64,000 nt of DNA, from contig CM082593.2 in the NCBI GenBank assembly GCA_040954595.2, positions 9,495,200-9,559,199 of the forward strand. Direction: 5' to 3'. A program made the translations under genes and the position numbers. This DNA is from Balanoglossus misakiensis. Lineage: Eukaryota; Animalia; Hemichordata. Shown piece by piece: positions 23,376-34,766 of the stretch. Below the pieces are notes generated by a model. The model was not told the origin of the DNA and made no database searches. It was given only the letters and a program-made list of their open reading frames with translations. Position 1 is the stretch's first letter; each line of letters opens with the position of its first letter.

Positions 23376-26300
23376 GATATGCATCTTGTTAAAAAGCCCA
23401 ACAGTCATGATTTTGTTCACATGAGTACTACTGCTGCCAGGACATAACCCAAATCTTTTGATAATTTTGGCAATGACCTTTGATTTACTATCCCATGCCT
23501 TGGCATGTACAGCAGATACAGCCTTCAAATTTGGTGTTCTTATTGACTGTGCGGTTCAATGTTTGACAATAATATCATTAGTGGGCATGTGGCTTTGGAT
23601 TTTTGAAAAATATCATAAAAAAAATTCAAAAAATCTATTTCTAATCAAGTTTTCAAGTAAATTGTGATTGGGTAAACCTTATTGGAGCCAAATTGGATTT
23701 TCTGATCTCCGATAAAAGACTAAAATTTCCTATTTCTAGCGTGCTCCTTGAAACCACACAAATTCTTTTTATGGATATGAGTCACCATAGGACCAGAATA
23801 TATCAAAATTATTAGACTACTTTCAGATGTTCTTTGATCAAATTTTTACAAAACTTGATTGAACAACTTGTTTGTGACTCTCGCATGTCCTTTGATCCAG
23901 TAATTCCAGAACTTATTTTATGTGGATATGCCTCTTGTTAAAAAGCACATCTGTCATGATTTTGTTCACATGAGTACTACTGCTGCCAGGACATAACCCA
24001 AATCTTTTAGATAATTTTGGCAATGACCTTTGATCTACTATCCCATGCCTTGGCATGTACAGCAGATACAGCCTTCAAATTTGGTGGACTGGAACACCTT
24101 ATGAAGAATTAAACTTTAACACAATAATTATGTACATAAGCTATTTCAAGTTAACCAATAGAGCTTAGAAGTCTGTTTTCTGTTGGACACAGCTCAGTTT
24201 GATATCAAAATTTGTTGGCCCAAATTTGCGTGACTTCTGGCTTACTTACAATTTCTCAGCATCAATAACAGAAACAGCCTTTGCTTTCTGTTGGAACCAT
24301 GCTAACCACTTTGGTCCCTCCAATGCTGCTTTTAGTTGTAATTGTCTTGTTCATGGCGGCCATATTGGATTTTCGGTTAACCTTTAAAAGGTGACATTTT
24401 TTTCAAAAACTACAGGGCCAATCAAGTTCAAATTGACTGTGCGGTTCAATGTTTGACAATAATATCGTTAGTGGTCATGTGGCTTTGGATTTTTGAAAAA
24501 TAGAATAAAAAAATTTCAAAACATTTATTTCTAATCAAGTTTTCAAGTAAAATGTGATTGGGTAAACCTTATTGGAGCCAAATTGGATTTTCTGATCTCC
24601 GATAAAAGACTAAAATTTCCTATTTCTAGCGTGCTCATTGAAACCACACAAATTCTTTTTATGGATATGAGTCACCATAGGACCAGAATATATCAAAATT
24701 ATTAGACTACTTTCAGATGTTCTTTGATCAAATTTTTACAAAACTTGATTGAACAACTTGTTTGCGACTCTCGCATGTCCTTTGATCCAGTAATTCCAGA
24801 ACTTATTTTATGTGGATATGCCTCTTGTTAAAAAGCACATCTGTCATGATTTTGTTCACATGAGTACTACTGCTGCCAGGACATAACCCAAATCTTTTAG
24901 ATAATTTTGGCAATGACCTTTGATCTACTATCCCATGCCCTGGCATGTACAGCAGATACAGCCTTCAAATTTGGTGGACTGGAACACCTTATGAAGAATT
25001 AAACTTTAACACAATAATTATGTACATAAGCTATTTCAAGTTAACCAATAGAGCTTAGAAGTCTGTTTTCTGTTGGACACAGCTCAGTTTGATATCAAAA
25101 TTTGTTGGCCCAAATTTGCGTGACCTCTGGCTTACTTACAATTTCTCAGCATCAATAACAGATACAGCCTTTGCTTTCTGTTGGAACCATGCTAACCACT
25201 TTGGTCCCTCCAATGCTGCTTTTAGTTGTAATTGTCTTGTTCATGGCGGCCATATTGGATTTTCGGTTAACCTTTAAAAGGTGACATTTTTTTCAAAAAC
25301 TACAGGGCCAATCAAGTTCAAATTGGCTGTGCGGTTCAATGTTTGACAATAATATCGTTAGTGGTCATGTGGCTTTGGATTTTTGAAAAATAGAATAAAA
25401 AAATTTCAAAACATTTATTTCTAATCAAGTTTTCAAGTAAAATGTGATTGGGTAAACCTTATTGGAGCCAAATTGGATTTTCTGATCTCCGATAAAAGAC
25501 TAAAATTTCATATTTCTAGCGTGCTCATTGAAACCACACAAATTCTTTTTATGGATACGAGTCACCATAGGACCAGAATATATCATAATTATTAGACTAC
25601 TTCCACATGTTCTTTGATCCAGTAATTCCAGAACATATTTTATGTGGATATGCCTCTTGTTAAAAAGCACAACAGTCATGATTTTGTTCACATGAGTACT
25701 ACTGCAGCCAGGACATAACCCAAATCTTTTGATAATTTTGGCAATGACCTTTGATCTACTATCCCATGCCTTGGCATGTACAGCAGATACAGCCTTCAAA
25801 TTTGGTGGACTGCAACACCCAATAAAGTATTAAACTTTTACACAATAATTTTGTACATAATCTATTTCAAGTTAACCAATAGAGCTTAGAAATCTGGTTT
25901 TTTGTTTGACACTGATCAGTTTAAGATCAAACATTTGTGTCACAATTTTGCGTGACCTCTGGCTTACTTTACCATTTCTTTGCATCCACAACAAAATCAA
26001 ATCAAATCAATCAAGCAAAAAAGTTTATATAGCGCCAAAATCCAAAAAGAAATTTTGCCCAATGACGCTCACGGTTAAACCACACTGTATGCTCTTTCGA
26101 ACAAATGAGTTTTCATATGATTTTTTTAACAAAACATCCTTTGCTTTCTGTTGGAACCATGCTAACTGCTTGGGCCCATCCCATTTCTTCTTAATGGCGG
26201 CCATATTGGATATTATGATAACACTTAAAAATTTACATCTTTTCAACAACTACAAGGCAAATCAAGTTCTAATTTACTGTGCGGTTTAATGTTTGACAAT

Positions 26301-29300
26301 AATATCATTAGTGGTCATGTCACTTTGGTTGCCATATTGGATTTTTGAAAAATCTCATGAAAAATTTCACAAATCTTTTCCTAATCACGTTTTCAAGTGA
26401 ATTGTGATTGGTTTATCCTAATTAAAGCCAAATCGGATTTTCTAAACACACGATTTAAAAAAAATCCTATTTCTAGCCTACCCAAATTCTTTTAATAGAT
26501 ATGAGTCACCACATGACCAGATTATATTACAATTTTTGGGCAATTTTCGAATGTCCTTTGATCCATTTTTTCCAGAACTTAATTGTGCGTGGATATGCTT
26601 CTTGTCAAAAAGCACACCAGTCATGATTTTGTTCACAGGAGTTTTGCATCTATAACAGATGCAGCCTTTGCTTTCTGCTGCTAGGAAATAAACAAAATAT
26701 TTAGAGGACTGAAACACCTAATGAAGTATTAAACTTTAACACAATAATTATGTACATAAGCAATTTCAAGTTAACCAATAGAGCTGAGAAGTCTGTTTTC
26801 TGTTGGACACAGCTCAGTTTGATATCGAAATTTGTTGGCCCAAATTTGCGTGACCTCTCGCTTACTTACCATTTCTCAGCATCCATAACAGATACAGCCT
26901 TTGCTTTCTGTTCGAACCATGCTAACCGCTTTAGTCCCTCCAATGCTGCTTTTAGTATTAATTGTCTTCTTCATGGTGGCCATATTGGATTTTCGGATAA
27001 CCTTTAAAACTTGACATTTTTTTTCAAAAAATACAGGGCCAATCAAGTTCTAATTTACTGTGCGGTTCAATGTTTGACAATAATAGTATCAGTAGTGGTC
27101 ATGTGGCTTTGGATGCATAATTGGATTTTTGAAAAATATCATAAAACAAATCAAAAATCTATTTCTAATCAAGTTTTCAAGTAAATTGTGATTGGTTAAA
27201 ACTAATTGGACCCATATTGGATTTTCTGATCTCCGATTAAAAACTAAAATTTCCTATTTCTAGCCTACTCATTGAAAGCACACAAATATTTTTTATGGAT
27301 ATGAGTCACCATATGACAAGAATATATTTCAATTTGCTGGTGACTCTCGCATCTCCTTTGATACAGTAATTCCAGAACTAAATTTTATGTGGATATGCCT
27401 CTTGTTAAAAGCACAACAGTCATGATTTTGTTCACATTAGTACTACTGCTGCCAGGACATAACACATATATTTTGATAATTTTGGCAATTACCTTTGATG
27501 TACTTCCCCATAACTTGGCATGCACAGCAGATACATTCTTCAAATTTGGAGGACTTAAACACCTAATGAAGTTTAAACTTTAACACAATATTTATGTACA
27601 TAAGCTTTTTCAAATTAACCAATAGAGTTAGAAGTCTGGCTTTTTGTTGGATACGGATCAGTGTGATATCAAATTTTGTTAGCACAATTTTGCATGACCT
27701 CTGACTTACTTAACCATTTCTCAGCATCCATAACAGATACAGCCTTTGCTTTGTGTTGGAACCATGCTAACCACTTTGGCCCCTGCAATGCTGCATGTTG
27801 CTTTAATTGTCTCCTTCATGGTTGCCATATAGGATATTCTGATAATCTATAAAAGTTGACTTTCTTCAAAACTGCAGGGCGAATCAAGTTCTAATTTACT
27901 GTTCACAAAGTTTGACAATAATATCATTAGTGGTCATGTGACTTTGGATGCCTTATTGGATTTTTGAAAATCTCATTAAAAAATCTCATTTATTTTTCCT
28001 AATCATGTTCTCAAGTGAATTGTGATTGGTTTAACCTTATTGGAGCCAAATTGAATTTTCTAAAATCCGATTAACAAATACATTTTCCTATTTCTTGCCT
28101 ACTAATTGATAGCACACAACTATTTTTTATGGATACGAGTCACCATATGACTAGAATACGTTACATTTTTTGGCAGCTTTCACACATTCTCTAATCCATT
28201 TTTGTTCACTACTTAATTTTATGTGGATATGCCTCTTGTTAAAAAGCACAACAGTCATGATTTTGTTCACATGAGTACTACTGCTGCCAGGACATAACCC
28301 AAATCTTTTGATAACTTTGGCAATGACCTTTGATCTACTATCCCATGCCTTGGAATGTACAGCAGATACAGCCTTCAAATTTTTAGGACTGGAATACCTA
28401 ATGAAGTATTAAACGTTAACACAATAATTATGTACATAAGCAATTTCAAGTTAACCAATATAGCTTAGAAGTCTGGATTTTGTTGGACACTGATCAGTTT
28501 GATATCAAAATTTGTTGGCACAATTTTGCATGACATCTGGCTTACTTTACCATTTCTCGGCATCTGCTACAGATACAGCCTTTGCTTTCTGTTGGAACCA
28601 TGCTAACCACATTCGTCCCTCCAATGCTGCTTTTAGCTTTGTCTTCGTCATGGCAGCCATATTGGATTTTCTGATAACCTTTAAAAGTTGACTCTTTTCA
28701 AAAATTACAAGGCCAATAAAGTTCTAATTTACTGTGCGGTTCCAATTTTTTCAATAATAATGTTAGTGGTCATGTGACTTTGGATTTATTATGGATTTTT
28801 GAAAAATCTCATTAAAAATGTCAAAAATCTTTTTCTACTTAAGTTTTCAAGTGAATTGTGATTGGTTCAACCTTATTGGATAAAACTTTTGTATGGATAC
28901 GAGTCGCCATATGACCAGAATACATGTTTTTGATCCAGTTTTCTCAGAACTTGATTATACAAAATTTTGACAACTACACATGTCCTTTGATCCAGTGTTT
29001 TCTGAACTTAATTGTATGTGGATACGATTCTTGTTAAAAAGCACAACAGTCATGATTTTGTTTACATGAGTACTGCTGCTGCCGGAACATAACCTTATTT
29101 TTTTATAATTTTGGCAATGACCTTTGATCTACGTTCCCATAACCTGGCATGCACAGCAGATGCATGTTTCAAATTTAGAGGACTGGAACACCTAATGAAG
29201 TACTTTACCATTTCTTGGCATCCACAACAGATACAGCCTTTGCTTTCTTTTGAAACCATGCTAACCAGTTTAGCCCCTGCAATGCTGCTTGTAAGTTTAA

Positions 29301-30725
29301 TTGTCTTCTTCATGACGGCCATATTGGATTTTCTGATAATTTCTACAAGTTGACATATTTTTTCAAAACTGCAGGGCAAATCAATTACTAATTGACTGTC
29401 CGGTTCAAAGTTTGACAATAATATCATTAGTGGTCATGTGACTTTTGATGCCTTATTGGATTTTTGAAAATCTCATTATAATTGTCATTTTTTTATCTAA
29501 TCAAGTTTTCAAGTGAATTTTGATTGGTTAAATCTCATTGGAGCCAAATTAGATTTTCTAAACTCCGATTAAGAACTAAATTTTCCTATTTTTAGCCTAT
29601 GCATTGATTGCATACAAATTCCTTTAATGGATACGAGTCACCATACGACTAGAATATGTTACAATTTTTTGGCAACTTTCACAGGTCCTTTGATCCAACC
29701 TTTTTCAACACCTAATAATACAAATTTTTGGCAACTTTCATTTGTTCTTTGATCCAGATCTTTCAGAACTTAATTAAAGCTTATTGAAGCCAAATTGGAT
29801 TTTATGAATTCTGATTAAAAACTAAAATTTCCTTTTTCTGGGCTACTCATTGATTGCACACCAATTCTTTTTATAGATACGAGTCTTCATATGACCAGAA
29901 TACATTGCATTTTTTTGGCAACTTTCGCATGTATTTTGATCTAGTTTTTTTCAGAACTTAATTAATCGTGGATGTGCCTCTTGTTGAAAAGCACAACAGT
30001 GATGATTTTTGTCACATTACTGCTGCCAGGACATATTTTGGCATTGAACTTCGTTCTACATTTGGCACCTGTATTCTTTTCTGAATATCTTATTGCGGCA
30101 AGACTAGTAGCACTAGAGGTTTGGTTTTTGATGTATATGGACAAGTATGGGACTTAGGTATTTTTGTTACATTTGGAATCCACTGGACCAATGTTGACCT
30201 TATTAAATATGTGCATATCTAATGCTGAGCTTACCCATATTGTTACAGGTTGAATTTTTTATGAACATGCTCTACTTTTGGACTTAATTTTTTTGCTGAA
30301 TTTCTTGACCAATGATAATCTTATAAATATGTGCTTACGTAATTGTAGACTAGACAATGAAGCTTTGAGTCTGGGTTTCCTTGAACATAGACCACTATGC
30401 AATCAAAATTTTTTCTGACATTTTTGATGGCTTTGGTTTTGGACATTTTTGATGGACCTATTTTTCCATGCCTTGGCATGCACAGCAGATAACGTCTTAC
30501 AATTTTGAAGGCTGGAACACCTAATAACCAGGTTAACCAATAGAGCCAGAAGTCTTGTTTTTCATTTTACACTGATCATTTTGGAAGAAAAATTTGTTGA
30601 CAATTTTGGGTGAGCTCTTGGTGACCTTTGATCAACTTTCCTATAAACATAGCAGATATAGCATTGGCACTCTCTGGTATCCATAGGAACTGCTTAGACC
30701 TAGCCAATGTTGGTCGCACCTTATT
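23376..30725 (+). repeat. ~890-bp macrosatellite, block 2 (about 8-9 units, Helentron/HINE-derived)
   Basis: Exact 890-bp period between homologous ORFs at 24199 and 25089. Units become more diverged toward 30.7 kb. Motifs are colinear with the element at 30805-32190. Confidence 0.9.
25997..26127 (-). mobile_element. 5'-truncated L2-clade LINE 3' end (131 bp)
   Basis: Minus strand encodes KNHMKTHLFERAYSVV* (L2 ORF2 C-terminal KTHLF..AY motif), then a 3' UTR with GCGCTATATAAA and a (TTTGA)n tail. 7-bp TSD AACAAAA at 25990-25996 and 26128-26134. Empty site in the sister unit near 20468. Confidence 0.85.
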
Positions 30726-30804
30726 TTTTTTTATTAATTGACCATATGTACCCCTTGACCCTCAGTTTGTTGGGTTGGGCTGGCTTGCCACATTAATGCT
30801 ATCA

Positions 30805-32190
30805 TAAGGGGCACAAGCCAGGCGAGGTAGATCTGGAAAACCGCAGCACCTACAGGGCTGAAACTTGGTAGGGTGATAGGGGCCAATGAGTAGACCTAGA
30901 GTGGCCGTGAATATTTAATTAGTCACGTGACCTGGCGGCCATATTAGATTTTCCGAAAACCGTTAAATGACTCCTTCTCAAAAACTACTGGGCCAATCGA
31001 GTTCAAATTTTGTGTGCAGGTAGCCTACCTTCTGTCCATCATTTTACCCCATTGAAATCATGATGTCAAATATAAAGTTTTTTTGCTACAATTTCTTTTC
31101 TGAAAAACTACTTAAAACTTTTAAAATCTTCTTCTCCAGAAGCAGTGATCGCCGAGTTATGGGATTCGGGGTATGCAGTCACCTAACCTATGTCTTTCAA
31201 GTTTGCGAAGTGCACTGTGATTGGTCGATCATTATGGCGGCCATATTGGATTTCCTGAAAACCATTGAAAAATGTAAATTCCGTTCTATAGCCAAAATGT
31301 TGACACCAAGGAAATTATTTTTGTGGATATAAGTCATCATATAACCGGAACTTGTCACAATTTTGGGGGGCAATTTTCACATGACCTTTGACCCAGTTTT
31401 AAACCAACTAATTATATATGCATATTCCCCATACCTCCTCTTTTAAAAGCACTACAGTCATGAATTTTGTGGACATGGGTACCAATGCTGTCAGGACATG
31501 ACACAAGTATTTTGGCAATGACCTTTGACCTATTTCTGAAACATCATTTTTCTGCATATCTAAATCCAGGCTAACCAATAGGGCTCCAGGTCTGGTTTTT
31601 GTTGGACATGGCCCACTATGGGGTCAAACGTTTATGCCCAAATTTTGGGTGACCTTTGACCTACTTTCCCATATCTCAGCTTCCAGAGCAGTTACAGCCC
31701 TGGCTATTGGGGGATTGACCACCTAATAGAGTCTTACACAATACCTCATTAATTATGTGCATATCTTATTCCAAGCTAACCAACAGGGCTAGATGTTTGG
31801 TTTTTGTTGTATAAGGACATATGTGGTGTCAAAATTTTTGCTCAAATTTTGGTGACCTCAGGTGACCTTTGACCTTCTTCCCTATATCTCGGCATCCAGA
31901 CAGGATAGAGCATTGGCTTTAGGAGGGATTGAACACCTTTTGGGGTCTTTTATGTTACCTCATTAATTATGCACATATCTAATTCCAGGCTAACCAATAG
32001 GGCTAGAGGTTTGGTTTTTGTTGGTCATGGACAAGTATGGTGTCAAAATGTTTCGCCCAAATTTGGGTGAACTCAGGTGACCTTTGACCTACTTTCCCAT
32101 ATCTTGGTATCCACAGCAGATACAGCTTTGGGATTTGCTGGTTACCATGGGAACCGTTTGTGCCCCACCAACGCTGCTTGCAGCTTTAAT
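30805..32190 (+). mobile_element. Non-autonomous Helentron-associated element (HINE/DINE-1-like)
   Basis: Sub-terminal inverted repeats GGGGCACAAGC (30808-30818) / GTTTGTGCCCC (32156-32166). 3' hairpin GCTGC-TT-GCAGC (32173-32184) followed by TTT. Internal ~210-bp tandem subrepeats with GTGACCTTTGACC. Confidence 0.75.
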
Positions 32191-32309
32191 TATCATTGAC
32201 TTCATGTATTTAATTCTTTCATTCTTTTTTCTTCTGTAGGTCCCACCGGTACTCTTCTTCTTCTCTCTCTCTTCCTTTCTTTCTTTCTTTTTTCTCTCTT
32301 CTCTTCTTT

Positions 32310-32920
32310 TTTTTCCCTGTAGGCCCCAATGGTAACACCATAATCAACCTACTAACGTAAAATTTGATGGATGGGTGGAGCGGAGTGTCAACCATAGTCA
32401 ACCTACTAATATAAACTTTGATGGATGGATGGAGCGGAGCGTCAACCATAGTCAACCTACTAATATTAAACTTTGATGGATGGATGGGAAGGAGCGTCAA
32501 CCATAGTCAACCTACTAAATATAAACTTTGATGGATGGATGGGGGCGGAGCGTCAACCATAGTCAACCTGCTGAAATATAAACTTTGATGGATGGATGGT
32601 GCCATGGAGCGTCAACTTAAATGATGGAGAAGTGGAAGGATGGAGAAGAAGAGTTTTTTTTCTCTTTTTTCTCTTTTTTTTCCTGTAGGGCTCACTGGTA
32701 ACACCATAATCAACCTACTAACGTAAAATTTGATGGATGGATGGATGGAGCGGAGTGTCAACCATAGTCAACCTACTAATATTAAACTTTGATGGATGGA
32801 TGGAGCGGAGCGTCAACCATAGTCAACCTGCTGAAATATAAACTTTGGTGGATGGATGGTGCCGTGGAGCGTCAACTTAAAGGATGGAGATGTGGAAGGA
32901 TGGAGAAGTGGAGTTTCAAC
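32310..32920 (+). repeat. 54-56-bp minisatellite with embedded (GGAT)n, duplicated as a ~367-bp block
   Basis: CAACCATAGTCAACCT at 32389, 32443, 32498, 32554, 32759 and 32814. Block starts CCTGTAGG at ~32315 and ~32682. Confidence 0.9.
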
Positions 32921-33039
32921 ATAATAAACCTATTGACCGAAATTATGAGGTAGAGTTATATAGGAGTACAAAACGAAGTGATCGTAATATAAAACTTAAT
33001 AGTCCAATAAATCAGGTTAATAATTGGTAGTGATTACTT

Positions 33040-33520
33040 ATGCTAAAATGAGGTTAACAGCAATGGCTTTGTGCAGGGTATGATAATAGGTTCATAAATG
33101 TGTATGGTATAATAAAGGCGAACAAATATGAATGGTTTAATAAAAGGGTTACAAATGTGATGATGGCTTATGGTAAAATTTGAGTGTACACAGGTTATAC
33201 AGGGGTAACAGTGGTTTTTTGGATGAAGGGAATGATAATAGGGTAACAAATGTGACTGGTATAAAAGGTATAATAATGGGTTTATAATATGATGATGACT
33301 TGTGTACACAGGTTATAATGGGTATATGAATGAGAAGGGTATAATAAATGGTGATAACTGTGTCGGGTTTAATAAAGGTAACAATCATGGAAGGGTATAA
33401 TAACGATTAATAATTGCGGTGATGGCTTATGGTGATATTAAGTATACAAGGGTGTTAATATTGATGATGATGACAGAGGTATAATAATGATATAACATTA
33501 AATAAGTGTCCAGGGTCTAA
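33040..33520. repeat. Cryptic C-poor low-complexity repeat
   Basis: Recurring GTGTACACAGGTTATA, GATGGCTTATGGT and GGTATAATAA, with strong G-over-C strand skew. Confidence 0.6.
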
Positions 33521-34718
33521 TAATCATGTTGGTTCATTAATTGGTTAATGTGTATGTTTTATGAATAACATGCTATTATTTCTCAGATAGATAATACTCG
33601 TCAGCATCGTTATTCGGTGGAATTTCTCGCAACGGTACCCGTGATCGTATTCGCGCATGGACACATTGTACGCGACAGACAGGCAGAACATGTTAGGTTA
33701 GCTAAACCTCCCCACCCCATCCAAATTCCAAATTTAGCTTAGATCATGGGGTGAGAGGAGGAGAGGACAGTTTTTTTTTCCTCTTTTGTAACTGGTCTGA
33801 GGTTTTTAACTGCCCTTTAGGCGCGTAAATTAGATATGTAATCATACAAGTAGTTATCTTGCTTTATTTGAAAACAATTATGATAGAGCTCTGCGAGATT
33901 ATGTACACGATAGTGTGTTATATAATGCTAAGGTAAAAGTAAACTTAACCCACTAACCCATCACTCTATTGTGTGCATAATTTGCAGATGCTATTTTGAC
34001 TGGCCCATTGTCACAGTTCAACCACATGACACCTTGTTTCAAAAAGAGCAGAAACTATTTGTGTTAATTTCTTTCAGGTTAACTACATGACACATTGTTT
34101 CAAATTGGCCTGCAAGATTTACTACTTGAACCTCCACCCCCCTCCAGCCCCCCCCCCCCCCCAAAAAACAAAATAAAAATAAAAAATTAGGGATTAATCA
34201 ATCGCTATATTATGAACATTCACATGAAAATTATGCAACCAAATTAGAGGTATTCTGGAGGCGTCTTCTGATGTCAGGTGGTTCAAATCCACCAATACCT
34301 AAGCTGGAAACATAACTTTTCATTGGTGTTCATATATGGCAAATAAAACATGCATATTCATATTCTCAAATTTCAGAAATGAACAAATTGAAGTAGATTC
34401 TTTTCGATATGCCTTTATAAACCAACTTTAATCCTATTTTACCCACTTTACTCAAAATGTTGTGTTTAAATTGCCCACAAGTAAGTCTTTTCTTATCTGC
34501 ATATATTCATAATGTTTTCCGCAAAGTGTACAACTGCATGTCTTGTGATCAGTATTGTGACATCTAAGAAGAACGGGAACTGGTCAGAGAACTGGGATAT
34601 GGGAGCTGACAAACTGAGTTGTTGGAAATTCAAAGAGACTAATTTGCACTTTTCCACATTTTCTTGAAATCTGACTAGGAGCTAAACAAGGCACCATACA
34701 GAAAGGTCATTCTGTCAC

Positions 34719-34766
34719 ATAGTCATAGTCCAGTGGTTAGAGGATCATGGGTTCGAACCCTGTCAC
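34719..34766 (+). promoter_or_regulatory. tRNA-derived (SINE-head-like) fragment with Pol III A and B boxes
   Basis: A-box-like TAGTCCAGTGG (34726-34736) followed by TTAG, and B-box GGTTCGAACCC (34750-34760). The anticodon arm is missing. Flanked by a CTGTCAC direct repeat. Confidence 0.6.

Noticed and set aside
19412-30157. Recurrent 60-127-aa ORFs in the macrosatellite
   Set aside because: The frames are not conserved between units and show no Rep/helicase motifs. They are non-coding repeat translations.
34719-34766. Functional tRNA gene
   Set aside because: No anticodon arm or complete acceptor stem, and only 13 bp between the A and B boxes.
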